DNA from: Acidimicrobiia bacterium
GTDB lineage: Bacteria > Actinomycetota > Acidimicrobiia > Acidimicrobiales > CATQHL01
Direction: 5' to 3'
Assembly (NCBI GenBank): GCA_009840735.1
Contig: VXNF01000108.1
Span: 10,757-74,756 of the forward strand
Length of the DNA: 64,000 nt
Shown here: in pieces, positions 43,282 through 53,082 of the stretch
Position numbering within the stretch: the stretch's first letter is position 1
Layout: each line of letters starts with the position of its first letter
Notes under the pieces: generated by a model
What the model saw: the letters and a program-made list of their open reading frames with translations, nothing else
Told to the model about the DNA's origin: nothing
Databases searched by the model: none
Position numbers and translations under genes: made by a program

Positions 43282-43611
43282 ATGACCTCAGGGACCGCAT
43301 CCACCCGGGCCGCTTCGCGCCAGGCCGCTGAACGCCGCTTCAGCCAGTCGATGGTCGTCTCGGGCACTCGCTGCCTGCTGGCGTACATCGTGTTCCCGTA
43401 CGTGTTCCCGCTGATCGGGGTGGCCGATGTGGTCGGGCCGGCGGTGGGCGTGACGATCGGCGCGGTCGCGGTGGTGTTCAACGGCCTCAGCATCCGGCGC
43501 TTCTGGCGCGGGGACCACCGGCTCAAGTGGCCGATCAGCGCGGTCAACGTGGCGGTCATCGGGCTGATGTGCTTCCTGGCCGCAAGCGACATCGGCGAGC
43601 TGACCGGCTGA
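43282..43611 (+). CDS. Small hypothetical membrane protein (about 3 TM segments)
   Basis: 109 aa with hydrophobic stretches LLAYIVFPYVFPLIGV, AVGVTIGAVAVVF and VNVAVIGLMCFLAA. No recognisable family. Confidence 0.5.
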   Translation: MTSGTASTRAASRQAAERRFSQSMVVSGTRCLLAYIVFPYVFPLIGVADVVGPAVGVTIGAVAVVFNGLSIRRFWRGDHRLKWPISAVNVAVIGLMCFLAASDIGELTG

Positions 43612-43623
43612 GTCGGCGCGGCG

Positions 43624-44016
43624 TCAGCACATCAGCAGTGTGCCGGGAATGAGGCGCTGATTGACCGGATCGACGATCAGCCCGAGACCTTCGAGGGTGT
43701 AGGCGCCCAGCAGACACAACGAATCGTCCGCGCCGAACACCACGATGGTCGTCACGCTCTCCCCGTTGATGGTGGCTTGAGCCTGCCCGTAGTCCATCTC
43801 CAGTCTGCTGCCGTCGGCCAGCTGGAAGCTGCGGCTGCCTTCGCGGCTCATTGCCAGATCCTCACAGAGCGAGGCGGGGACCGTGGTGTAGAACGCTCCC
43901 GTGTCCACGATGGCTTCGACGTCTCTGATTTTCGACCCGTCCAGACTCGCCAGACGAACCGGGTGCCTGAAAGTTCCCATGAAGGCGACGCTACTTGTCG
44001 AAGACAAGTTTGTCAA
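43624..44016 (-). CDS. Retropepsin-like (clan AA) aspartic protease domain protein
   Basis: VEAIVDTGAFYTTVP (DTG active-site motif) and a LLGAYTLEGLGLIVD dimerisation-like tail. The start could be the internal ATG (MGTFRHP). Confidence 0.65.
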   Translation of the reverse strand: MTNLSSTSSVAFMGTFRHPVRLASLDGSKIRDVEAIVDTGAFYTTVPASLCEDLAMSREGSRSFQLADGSRLEMDYGQAQATINGESVTTIVVFGADDSLCLLGAYTLEGLGLIVDPVNQRLIPGTLLMC

Positions 44017-44189
44017 CAGTAAGTCACAATCAATTTCTATCTATTTCATTTCGCAGATCGGCGCGCCCGCTGGCGCCGTCGTCCGACCACCCAGTCCGAG
44101 ACGCCGAGACGAGTCTCCAGGGCGGCTGCGATGCCGGGTCGGCGCGTCTACAGTCTTCTGACCGGCCGCTCGCAGCATCGGAGGTCCCT

Positions 44190-45509
44190 ATGACGCGTGC
44201 CTTCGAGGCCCCCGCCGCGGCGGCCAACTGGCGGCGGCACTACGACGTGGCCAACGCCGACCTCGCCTGGCAATACAAGGGCTGGCCTCGGTCACCCGCC
44301 GACGCCGACCTGGACTCGGTCGCAGAGCTCGGGTTGAACCTCTTCGCCGATGACTTCATGTTCCCGGTGATGGTGATCTCCCACGGCGACCTGATGCACA
44401 ACATCGAGGTCGTGGCCCGGTTCTGCGCCGACAGCGGCGTCTCGCTGGCGCCGCACGGCAAGACGACCATGTCGCCGGAGCTCTCCCACCTGCAACTCGA
44501 GGCAGGAGCGTGGGCCATCACTGCCTCCACCGGCAGTCAGGCGCGCATCTTCCGGGCCTTCGACATCGGTCGCATCCTGATCGCCCACCAGGTGGTGGAC
44601 CCCGCCGCGGTCAGGTGGATGGCCGACGAACTGGCCGCCCATCCCGACGTGGAGCTGTTCTGTCTCATCGACTCGGTGGAGTGTGTCGAGGCGATGGAGG
44701 CGGCGCTGGCCGGGCGGCCCGCCGGGCGGCCCATCGGCGGCCTCGTGGAGTTGGGCATGACAGGGGGCCGCACCGGCTGCCGCACAATCCACGGGGCGGT
44801 GGCGGTGGCCGAGCGGATCGCCGCCTCCGAGCGTGTCCGCCTCGTCGGCGTGGAGGGCTACGAAGGCATCCTGCATTTCCGCGGCGACGACTTCAGCGAA
44901 GTGGACGAGTTCTTGCACCGGATGCGGGAACTCACCGAGCGACTCGCCGACGCCGGCCACTTCGACCACCTCGACGAGGTGATCGTCACCGCCGGCGGCA
45001 GCATGTTCCCCGACCGGGTGGTGGCCATCCTGGGCGGCGACTGGGACATCGGCCGGCCGGTTCGGCCGGTGATCCGCCCCGGCGGCTACGCCACTCACGA
45101 CTCGAAGATGTACACCGACTCGGGACCGTTCGGCGTGCGGGCGCCGATGGACGCCTACCCGGCGCTGCGCGCGGCTCTGACACTGTGGTCCTACGTGGTC
45201 TCCCGCCCCGAGCCCAACCTGGCGCTGCTGGGCTTCGGCAAACGCGACGGCTCCTACGACGTGGACCTGCCCATGCCCGAGACGCTCCGCCGCGACGGCG
45301 AGACGCACGACGTGGCCCGCCAACTGGAGGTCTTCGAGCTCAACGACCAGCACGCCTTCGTGCGCCTCGAGCCGGACTTCGACCTCCGAGTCGGGGACCA
45401 GGTGGGCTGCGGCATCAGCCACCCCTGCACCAGCTTCGACCGTTGGCGGGCCATCCCGGTGACCGACGACGACCACAACATCGTCAGCGCAGTGCGGACG
45501 TTCTTCTAA
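44190..45509 (+). CDS. Alanine-racemase-fold PLP enzyme, D-serine deaminase / D-amino-acid aldolase-like
   Basis: ATG 44190 is preceded by ggagg. PLP-lysine context LAPHGKTTMSPEL. The C-terminal domain ends ...GISHPCTSFDRW. The track ORF's 65-aa N-terminal extension looks spurious. Confidence 0.7.
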   Translation: MTRAFEAPAAAANWRRHYDVANADLAWQYKGWPRSPADADLDSVAELGLNLFADDFMFPVMVISHGDLMHNIEVVARFCADSGVSLAPHGKTTMSPELSHLQLEAGAWAITASTGSQARIFRAFDIGRILIAHQVVDPAAVRWMADELAAHPDVELFCLIDSVECVEAMEAALAGRPAGRPIGGLVELGMTGGRTGCRTIHGAVAVAERIAASERVRLVGVEGYEGILHFRGDDFSEVDEFLHRMRELTERLADAGHFDHLDEVIVTAGGSMFPDRVVAILGGDWDIGRPVRPVIRPGGYATHDSKMYTDSGPFGVRAPMDAYPALRAALTLWSYVVSRPEPNLALLGFGKRDGSYDVDLPMPETLRRDGETHDVARQLEVFELNDQHAFVRLEPDFDLRVGDQVGCGISHPCTSFDRWRAIPVTDDDHNIVSAVRTFF

Positions 45510-45558
45510 GCGGACCTCGGGGCGCCGGTGTCCGGGCGCCACCAGGAATTCGCCAGGA

Positions 45559-47052
45559 TCAGGCGAAGACGGTCGGGCGGAGACCGGGGATGTCGTCGTC
45601 GAGGGGGAAGAAGGGGCGCTGCATCCGCTCGAACGGCAGTGATCGCACCGAGGCCGGCGTCGGTCCGGGGGAGTCGATGACGATCACGGGGGCGTCGGGG
45701 TAGACCATCCGATAGTTCATCGGGTTCTTGGCGACGGCGAACTTGGGGGTGCGGGCGTCGACTCCAACCGAGGTGTACTGCTCGCCGGTCCACTCATAGG
45801 TGGGATGGGTGGCGATCACGATCTGTAGGCCGCTGGCGCGCAGCACCGCGGTCGGGCCCATCTCGCCGACGACGCCCTCCCAGATGCCGCCCTCGTAGAC
45901 GAACCTGCCGTCGGTGAGCACCTCGACGGTGCCGGTGATCGACATGGGGTCGCCCCAGCGCGGGTCGAGCCGGTGCCCGAGGCGCAGCGTCACCTCGGCG
46001 CCGACACCCGCGGCGTGGCACTGCGCAGCCGCTTCGGGGTCCACGACCGGCGCCACGGACGCCGCGTCGGGGGCGAGCTCGGCCAGAGCGGCGATGCAGG
46101 CGACGCTGTCGCCGGCCGCGCCGCCGCCGCAGGCATCGGCGGTCTCCATCAGCACGATCGGGCTGTCGTCGATCAGGAGACCCTGGCGTACGGCCTCGGT
46201 CGGCGTGGACATGTCCGGTTCGAACTCGTGGCGCCGCTGCCAGTACTCCTCGGCCAGGGCGACAGCGGCCTCTCGCGCCCCATCGGTGTCGCCGTCGGTG
46301 ATGACCAGCCCTCCGCTGCCCATTCCGGGGCGGTCGATGAACGGGTGGACCAGGAACATGCTGGTGGACAGCACGTCCGGGCGCTCTTCCAGCGCCTTGG
46401 CCTTGCGCATCATGTCCGCGAACGGTCCCTCTCCTTCGGTGGAGCCGTTCACGGCGCCCGTCAGCACCGGCACCTTGGCCATGACCATCGCTGGCTGCGC
46501 CGCACCGACGGCGGCGTCGATAAGCAGGGCGGCGCCGCGGCGGCCCGTCGTGTAGCTGTCGCGATGAGGGTACGTCTCCCAGGCCACGAGGCCGTCGGCG
46601 TTGGTCACCATGGCCTCGGTGACGTGCGCGTGCAGGTCCAGAGTGGCGACGATGGGCACGTCGGGCCCGGCGAGCGCCCGGGCGGCTGCCAGCAGGTCAC
46701 CCTCGATGTCGTGGACCGTCTCGGACACTGCTGCTCCGTGCAAGGCCAGCAGGACCGCATCCACGGGGACGACCTGCTCGAGGGCCGCCAGAAGGTCAAG
46801 GCGCAGCGTCTCGTAGCAGTCGTCGGTCAGCGGACCGCCGGGGCTGGTCGAGGCGAACAGCAGCGGCACCGGTGTCGCCTCACGCTCGGCCAGCACTTCC
46901 AGCATCCCGCCCATGACCCCCCCGGCCACTCCCAACACGTCCTCGCCGTAGCGGAGTTCGAAGCGCGCGAAGGCGGCGATGTCGATGGGCGTCCCACCGA
47001 AGTCGTTGCACTCGGTGAGGATCCCGCCGACGGCAATACGTGGTGGCGACAT
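45559..47052 (-). CDS. M81 family metallopeptidase (MlrC-like)
   Basis: 497 aa. N-terminal RIAVGGILTECNDFGG, typical of the MlrC N-domain, plus the MlrC C-domain. Confidence 0.8.
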   Translation of the reverse strand: MSPPRIAVGGILTECNDFGGTPIDIAAFARFELRYGEDVLGVAGGVMGGMLEVLAEREATPVPLLFASTSPGGPLTDDCYETLRLDLLAALEQVVPVDAVLLALHGAAVSETVHDIEGDLLAAARALAGPDVPIVATLDLHAHVTEAMVTNADGLVAWETYPHRDSYTTGRRGAALLIDAAVGAAQPAMVMAKVPVLTGAVNGSTEGEGPFADMMRKAKALEERPDVLSTSMFLVHPFIDRPGMGSGGLVITDGDTDGAREAAVALAEEYWQRRHEFEPDMSTPTEAVRQGLLIDDSPIVLMETADACGGGAAGDSVACIAALAELAPDAASVAPVVDPEAAAQCHAAGVGAEVTLRLGHRLDPRWGDPMSITGTVEVLTDGRFVYEGGIWEGVVGEMGPTAVLRASGLQIVIATHPTYEWTGEQYTSVGVDARTPKFAVAKNPMNYRMVYPDAPVIVIDSPGPTPASVRSLPFERMQRPFFPLDDDIPGLRPTVFA

Positions 47053-47088
47053 ATTCGACTCCTCGGCTCGGTCCCGGTCTCGCCGTGC

Positions 47089-47955
47089 TCAGTTCAAGCC
47101 GTAGGCGCGGCAGGCGGATCGCCAGCGCAGGTCCTCCGCCGCCCCGGCATCCAGAGGCGCCAGCAACTCCTCGAACGCCTTGTGCTGCCGCCGGTAGCCG
47201 CCGCCGACGTTGCAGACCGGCCAGTCACTGCCGAACATCAGGCGCTCGGAGCCGAACGCCTCCAGGGCCACCTCGAAGGCGCCGCGCAGATCCTCAGTTG
47301 TCCAGTCGGCGTGCGGCGTGACGTTGTGCAGCCCCGACACCTTGGCGAAGACGTTGGAGCAGCCGGCCGCGGCGCTCATCAGCTCCACCCAGCGGGGGTA
47401 GTCGTCTGTGCTGATCGGGGGCTTGTTCAGGTGGTCGATGACGATGTGAAGATCGCCGACCGCCTCGGCCAGGGTCGGCACGTGCTGGAGGTGCCGCAGG
47501 GTCACGCCCACGAAGTCGTAGGCCATCCCGTGCTGGGCCAGGATGCCGAGGCTCTCGCTGACGGCGGGTTGCAGCACCCAATCCGGGTCGGGCTCGTCGT
47601 GAATCAGGTGCCGTATCCCCACGAGCGGCCCGGCGGCGCGCAGCGAGTCCAAGGTGTCGGGCACCCCGTCGGGGTCGAGCAGATCGACCCAGCCGACGAC
47701 AGCGACTACCCGATCATCCGACCTGCTGACCGCGAGCATGGCCTCGGTGTCGGCGAGGCTGTTCTCGGCCTGCACCAGCACGGCCTCGGTCGCGCCGGTG
47801 GCCTCGAAGTGCTCCTGCGCCTCGTCGACGAGGAACGTGCGGCGCAACTGGTGGAATGCCGGTGGCAGGTCGGCGTTGAGCCAGTCGTAGGCGCACTGGT
47901 CGAGATCCCACTGGTGGAGGTGGGTGTCGATGAGTCGGGCAGCGGTTTCGGTCAT
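47089..47955 (-). CDS. Amidohydrolase-2 family TIM-barrel hydrolase (lactonase/decarboxylase-like)
   Basis: LIDTHLHQWD metal site, ...VIDHLNKPP, MFGSDWPV. Confidence 0.8.
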   Translation of the reverse strand: MTETAARLIDTHLHQWDLDQCAYDWLNADLPPAFHQLRRTFLVDEAQEHFEATGATEAVLVQAENSLADTEAMLAVSRSDDRVVAVVGWVDLLDPDGVPDTLDSLRAAGPLVGIRHLIHDEPDPDWVLQPAVSESLGILAQHGMAYDFVGVTLRHLQHVPTLAEAVGDLHIVIDHLNKPPISTDDYPRWVELMSAAAGCSNVFAKVSGLHNVTPHADWTTEDLRGAFEVALEAFGSERLMFGSDWPVCNVGGGYRRQHKAFEELLAPLDAGAAEDLRWRSACRAYGLN

Positions 47956-48061
47956 GGTCTCGGCCTCCGCATGATGTTCGTCGAGGATGGCGTGTACGGG
48001 CTCGAGCGATGCGACATCGCCACCCGCTTCCGGCAGACGATGGCCTGTGAGCGGCCACCCT

Positions 48062-48868
48062 TCACTTGGTGGCGCCCGCGGTGAGGCCGCGGACGAAGTA
48101 CCTCTGCAGCAGCAGGTAGAACGCCAGCACCGGGATCGACACGAAGAGCATGTAGCTGAAGAGTTGCCCGTAGTTCACGTCGAACTGCCCGACAGACCGG
48201 AACAAGCCGACGGTGACCGTATTGCCCTGCAGCGGACCCAGCAACACCAGCGGGGGTAGGAATTCGTTCCACACCCATACCCCGCAGATCACCAGCACGC
48301 TCGCTGTGGCCGGCCGCAGCAGCGGCAGGATCACCGACCAGTAGATGGATGCCAGGGAGGCCCCGTCTATCGAGGCCGCTTCGGCCAGCTCCCGTGGGAT
48401 CGACCGCATGAACCCGCGGTAGACGAGCACCGCGAACGGGGCGTAGTAGGCGCACAGGAAGAGGATGAGGCCCGGGAAGCTGTTCTGCAGCCCGACGTAC
48501 TTCAGCACCCGGAACACCGGGATCAGGATCACCGGTGTCGGCAGGATCAGGCCGAAGAGGATGACGGTGCCGACGGCGTTGCTGATCCAGCTGGTGGACA
48601 TGTGGAGGGCGAACGCCAGCATCGAGGAGACGACCATGATGAGGGCGATCGTCGAGCCCGTGATGAGCAGCGAGTTGACGAGTCCGCCGGTCACGTCCCC
48701 GGCGCTGAGCACTCCCGACATGCCGTCCAGCGTCGGACCGACGGGCGGCTTGGCCGGCGACCGCAGGATCTCCGGGTCGCTCTTGAAGGCGTTGGCGATC
48801 ACCAGGTAAAGGGGGAACAGGAATAAGGCCGAGACGACGATCGCCAGCAGTGCCCGGAACTGGCGCAT
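48062..48868 (-). CDS. Carbohydrate-type ABC transporter permease (MalG/CUT1-like)
   Basis: 268 aa from ATG 48868 (TGATG junction with the upstream permease). EAA loop LAEAASIDGASLASIYWSVILP. Confidence 0.85.
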   Translation of the reverse strand: MRQFRALLAIVVSALFLFPLYLVIANAFKSDPEILRSPAKPPVGPTLDGMSGVLSAGDVTGGLVNSLLITGSTIALIMVVSSMLAFALHMSTSWISNAVGTVILFGLILPTPVILIPVFRVLKYVGLQNSFPGLILFLCAYYAPFAVLVYRGFMRSIPRELAEAASIDGASLASIYWSVILPLLRPATASVLVICGVWVWNEFLPPLVLLGPLQGNTVTVGLFRSVGQFDVNYGQLFSYMLFVSIPVLAFYLLLQRYFVRGLTAGATK

Positions 48869-49803
48869 CACAACTCCACCTCGCGGCGGCGAAGGACCCG
48901 GAGTGAGACGACCGTAGTCGCTGCGGTGATCACCAGCAGCAGGACCGCCATCGCCGAGGCCAGGCCGGCGCGGTTCTGGGTGAACCCGGCGCGGATGATC
49001 GCCAAGCCGACGGTCTCCGACGAGCGTCCCGGTCCACCCCCCGTCAACGCCACGACGTGGTCGTAGAGCTTCAGGGCGGAGATCAGCGAGATCAAGGTCG
49101 TGATGGTCACCGCGGGCGCTACCAGCGGCCAGGTGATGAGGCGGAACCGCATGTACCCCGAGGCGCCGTCGATGGAGGCCGCCTCGTAGAGGTCGGTGGG
49201 GATCGCCCGCAGAGCGGCCACGTAGATCACCGTGGCGAACGCGATGAGCTGCCACGCCAGCGCCAGCCCCACCGAGACGACGGCGAGATTGGGGGAGCTG
49301 ATCCACTCCGGTCCGGGGATCCCCAGTGCCTCGAGCGCGTTGTTGAGCGAGCCGTCGTTGGCCAGGGTCCATCGGAACGTGAGGCCCACAACGAGCGGGC
49401 TGAGGACGAACGGCGCGAACAGGATGATGCGCAAGGTCGTGTAGAGCCGCGATCCTGCATCCAGCAACACCGCGAAGAGCAGCCCCAGGGCGTTGGGCAC
49501 CACCACCGAGGCCGCCGCGATCAGAAGGGTGACGTAGAGGGCGTGGCGGAAGTCGCCGCTCTCCCAGAGCTTGGCGTAGTTGCTGAAGCCCACCCACGAG
49601 ATCTCGTCCCGCAGGAAGTTCACGTCGTTGAGGCTGTAGTGGACGGTGACGCCGATGGGCGCGACCACCAGCGCTGCGAACAGCGCCGTGGCGGGCGCGC
49701 CCATCGCCATGAGCCCGAAGCTGCGCCGCCCTGCGCCGGGCGGCCGGCGGCGCCCGGCGCGACCCCGCGTCGGCAGGAGGGTGCCCCTGACGGCGGAGGT
49801 CAA
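48868..49803 (-). CDS. Carbohydrate-type ABC transporter permease (MalF/CUT1-like)
   Basis: EAA loop LYEAASIDGASGYMRFRLITWP, 6 TM pattern. The start is uncertain (TTG 49803 or an internal ATG). Confidence 0.85.
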   Translation of the reverse strand: MTSAVRGTLLPTRGRAGRRRPPGAGRRSFGLMAMGAPATALFAALVVAPIGVTVHYSLNDVNFLRDEISWVGFSNYAKLWESGDFRHALYVTLLIAAASVVVPNALGLLFAVLLDAGSRLYTTLRIILFAPFVLSPLVVGLTFRWTLANDGSLNNALEALGIPGPEWISSPNLAVVSVGLALAWQLIAFATVIYVAALRAIPTDLYEAASIDGASGYMRFRLITWPLVAPAVTITTLISLISALKLYDHVVALTGGGPGRSSETVGLAIIRAGFTQNRAGLASAMAVLLLVITAATTVVSLRVLRRREVEL

Positions 49804-49813
49804 ATTGGTTGGT

Positions 49814-51550
49814 CTAGCCGGAGAGGTCGTCCCAGGCGTCCTGGAGCGCCTGTGCGGCTTCCTCCGCCGACCGGCCGGCCAGCATCTCCTGGGCCTGGAT
49901 CCAGATCTCGTTCTGCATGCCTGCCACGAGGGCGTCGTCGCCCACCTCGAAGGTGTAGAAGGCGACCTGTCTCGCCGACTGATCGGCGAGGATCTGGATG
50001 ACCTCGGTGATCAGCGGGTGCAGCTCCACGTCGTCGGGCAACACGAACAGCTTGTTGTTGGCGATGTGCGCGTCACGGATCAGATCGTCGAGGTTGGTCT
50101 CGACGTTCGTGGCGAACTCTACCGAGAACAGCCGCGCCGCCTCCGGATCGGGCGTTGCGGCCGATATGGCCGGGCCGCCGGACGTGTAGGTGGCGAGGCG
50201 CTTGGCGCCGTCGAGGGTGGGCATCGGGAAGACGCCGATCTCGAACGGATGGTCCATGGGCACCGCCCCGGCGAAGAAGCTGCCCATCGGATACATCGCC
50301 GCGGCCCCGTCGAGGAACGACTGCTGCAGATCGGCGTAGCCGAGGTTCAGCTCCTCACCCGTCAGCCATCCGGCGGCCACCATCTGCTCGTACGGCCGCA
50401 GTGCCTCCACGAAGATCGGGTCGGTGAAACTGGCCTCGCCGCTGCGCAGCTTCTGGTTGAACGTCGGATCCACGCCCGTCACGTTGAGCGAGGCGAGGTT
50501 CATGATCGGCCAGCCCGCGGCCCAGGCGTCAGCGCCGGCACCGCCGATCACGAACGGGGTTTCTCCCGAGGCCGCGATCGCCAGGGCCGCATTGATGAAC
50601 TCGTCCCAGGTCTCCGGCTCGGACGTGATTCCGGCCGCCTCGAACATGTCCTTGTTGTAGAAGACTCCCGACTCGTAGACCGTGAGCATCGGCAGCGCGT
50701 ACTGCTTGCCGTCGGTGTAGCCGAGACCGACCGGGTCGATGAACCGCTCGAGGTCCTCCGGCTCGAACGGCAGCAGCAGGCCCTCGGCGATGAACTCCGC
50801 CGTGGAGAAGTTGCTCATCATGACGTCGGGAAGCTGGTCGGTGGCCGCCAACTGCTTGAGGAAGTCACCGATGTTGAGGTCGGGTGCCACGATCTTGTTG
50901 ATCTCGAACTGCGGGAAGTCCGCCACCGTGCGGGCGATGGCGTCGTCCCAGAACTCCGCCGGCAGGTTCGGCGTCTCGAACACAAGGAAGTCCAACTCGA
51001 TCAAGTCCGCTGCCGGTGCGGCGGCGGCCGCGGCCTCAGCCTGTGCGGCTGCGGCCTCCTCGCGCGCTGCCTCAGCCTCGGCCCGCGCCTCGTCGGCCTC
51101 CGCTTGGGCCGCGGCGGCTGCGTCTCGCGCTTCGTCGGCCTCGGCCTGCGCGGCTGCGGCCTCCGAGAGCGCCTCGTCGGCCGCGGCCTGGGCGGCTGCG
51201 AGGGCGGCTTCGGCGGAGGCCATGGCCTCCACGTTGCCCTCGGCGGTGGCCTGCGCCAGGTCGGCTGCCGCCTGCGCCGCCTCTGCGGCCGCGAGTGCAG
51301 CCTGTGCCGCGGCGTCCGCAGCGGCCGCGTCGGCGATACCGGTGGCGGCGTCCGCCGCCGCACTCTGGGCGGCGGCTGCGGTTGCCTGGACTTCGGCCAT
51401 GGCGTCGGCGGCGTCGGCTGAGGCACCTCTCGCCTCCGCGAGGGCCGCGTCGGCGGCTTCGGACGCGGAGTCGTCGCCCGCGCACGCCGCCGCGATGAGC
51501 GCCAGTACGAGCAGCGATGCGAGAACGCCGCCCTTGTTCAAGTACCTCAT
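49814..51550 (-). CDS. Extracellular solute-binding lipoprotein (family 1) with a long Ala-rich N-terminal linker
   Basis: ATG 51550 is preceded by ggagga. Signal/lipobox VLALIAAAC. SBP_bac_1-like body from about residue 185. The track ORF starts 90 nt earlier. Confidence 0.8.
   Translation of the reverse strand: MRYLNKGGVLASLLVLALIAAACAGDDSASEAADAALAEARGASADAADAMAEVQATAAAAQSAAADAATGIADAAAADAAAQAALAAAEAAQAAADLAQATAEGNVEAMASAEAALAAAQAAADEALSEAAAAQAEADEARDAAAAAQAEADEARAEAEAAREEAAAAQAEAAAAAAPAADLIELDFLVFETPNLPAEFWDDAIARTVADFPQFEINKIVAPDLNIGDFLKQLAATDQLPDVMMSNFSTAEFIAEGLLLPFEPEDLERFIDPVGLGYTDGKQYALPMLTVYESGVFYNKDMFEAAGITSEPETWDEFINAALAIAASGETPFVIGGAGADAWAAGWPIMNLASLNVTGVDPTFNQKLRSGEASFTDPIFVEALRPYEQMVAAGWLTGEELNLGYADLQQSFLDGAAAMYPMGSFFAGAVPMDHPFEIGVFPMPTLDGAKRLATYTSGGPAISAATPDPEAARLFSVEFATNVETNLDDLIRDAHIANNKLFVLPDDVELHPLITEVIQILADQSARQVAFYTFEVGDDALVAGMQNEIWIQAQEMLAGRSAEEAAQALQDAWDDLSG
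51008..51478 (-). repeat. Coding low-complexity Ala/Glu/Asp-rich tract (about 157 aa, reiterated AAAAQAEADEAR-like units)
   Basis: Read from the translation of 49814..51550. It generates long shadow ORFs in other frames. Confidence 0.6.
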
Positions 51551-51832
51551 GAGTCCTCCGATATCGGTTTCTTGCCCGACGCTGACGAGGCCGTCGCGGA
51601 AACGACATGCGAGACAGCACCGAGGAGACTGCGGGCGCACAGTACCCGGTGCGCCGCCGTGCCAAAAGTGGCCTTGGCTGTGGCCATGAGAGCCTGCCCG
51701 GCCGCAGCCATTTGGTTGCCCGCTGGCGGCCAGCGGTTCTGCCCAGCGGCGGCCGACAGATCTGGCCGCGTTGAGGTTCGTTTCCCGTTGGGTATCGCCG
51801 CGGTGCCTGCGCGAGGTTGGCGCGAGGAACTG

Positions 51833-52393
51833 CTAGGCCAGGCGGCGGAGGCGTCGGTCGATGCGGGCTAGGAACGCCCGTCGATCTGCCATGCTGGAGC
51901 GGTCGGAGTCGTAGAAGGCCAGCCAGCGCAGCCGGCAGTTCGCTGGGCAGAGCGGGTGCAGGCTGTGGCGCAGGAAGTGCAGGCCCGCCTCGCCCTGCAC
52001 CGCGTTCACGAGCTTGGAGGAGCCGTGGGTCGTGACCGCGGCCACGTAGCGCAAGTTCGCTAGGAGCTCGCGGCTGGCGGCGGTCGTCTCGGGCCGGCCG
52101 GGCCGCGGCGTCGAGTTGGCGGCCACGACCTGCTCCAACCAGCCGGCGAGCATGGCCGGCAGGCCGCTCCACCAGGTCGGGTAGATGACGACGAGCGCCT
52201 CGGCGGCGCGCAGCTGCTCGGCGTGGGTCTCGATGACCGACGCGTGCGCCGCCGCCGGCGAGAAGCCCTCGGCGTAGAGGTCCAGCAGTCGGGGCTCGGC
52301 GCCCGCGTCGTCGAGCGTCTCGACGACCTGCGTCGCCACCGCCGCCACAAAACTCTCCGGCACCGGATGGCAGAGAACGACGAGGGTGCTCAC
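51833..52393 (-). CDS. Flavodoxin-like-fold NAD(P)H dehydrogenase (quinone) family protein
   Basis: STLVVLCHPVPESF...LLDLYAEGF...LVVIYPTWWSGLPAMLAGWLE. Confidence 0.75.
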   Translation of the reverse strand: MSTLVVLCHPVPESFVAAVATQVVETLDDAGAEPRLLDLYAEGFSPAAAHASVIETHAEQLRAAEALVVIYPTWWSGLPAMLAGWLEQVVAANSTPRPGRPETTAASRELLANLRYVAAVTTHGSSKLVNAVQGEAGLHFLRHSLHPLCPANCRLRWLAFYDSDRSSMADRRAFLARIDRRLRRLA

Positions 52394-52974
52394 AGCCCCA
52401 CCAGGACGCGGTCCAGCTTGGCGGCGAAGCGCCGGCGCGCCGCGGCGGCTCGCTCGGGCCGCGTGTCGTAAAGCGCCACGTAGCGTCGCCGGCAGCGCCG
52501 GTTCACGATCAGCCGCATGGTGCGCAGCAGGATGCGGCGCCCGTAGTCCCGACTGCGGAGAACATCGGACCGGGAACGCTCGTGGATCGCGATCGCCACG
52601 AGCCGGCGGACGCCGATGAGGCCGCGATGCAGCTTCCCGTCGCGGAGATGGAAGCCGACGCCGGGCACGAAGGTGCGGTCCACGAAGCCCTTGAGGCGCG
52701 GCGGCATGCCTGTCCAGGTCGCCCGGTAGACGAAGATCAACGCCTCGGCGGAGCTCACCCGCGGCCCGAAGCCGGCTGTATCGGGCTCCACGAGCGGCTT
52801 GCCCGAGTGGTAGGCGCGGCGTCCGGCGGTGGTCATGGCGGGGTGGAAGTCGCCCTCGTGCAGGTCGATCACGTCGATGTCGTGGTCCGCGCTGGCGAGC
52901 GCGGCCTCCACCGCCCGGCGCAGCCCGCCGTCGTCCACGTCAGGATCGTCAGCCAGAACCAGCAGGACGCGCAC
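52390..52974 (-). CDS. Flavodoxin-like-fold NAD(P)H dehydrogenase family protein, second paralog
   Basis: GTG 52974: VRVLLVLADDP...VIDLHEGDF...LIFVYRATWTGMPPRLKGFVDR. 4-nt overlap with the downstream paralog. Confidence 0.65.
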   Translation of the reverse strand: MRVLLVLADDPDVDDGGLRRAVEAALASADHDIDVIDLHEGDFHPAMTTAGRRAYHSGKPLVEPDTAGFGPRVSSAEALIFVYRATWTGMPPRLKGFVDRTFVPGVGFHLRDGKLHRGLIGVRRLVAIAIHERSRSDVLRSRDYGRRILLRTMRLIVNRRCRRRYVALYDTRPERAAAARRRFAAKLDRVLVGL

Positions 52975-53082
52975 GGCTTCATTCTGGCAGCCTCGCGAGC
53001 GCCGACCACAAGCCCCCCTCAGATCGAACGGTGCCGGCCCCGCTGGCGGGGCCGGCACCGCAGCGGGCTACCCTCGGCGGCG

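Noticed and set aside
43995-44189. The 65-aa N-terminal extension of the PLP enzyme ORF (track start 43995)
   Set aside because: The extension overlaps the convergent retropepsin-like gene start region and is Ser/Arg-rich. An ATG with a ggagg RBS at 44190 gives a family-typical N-terminus.
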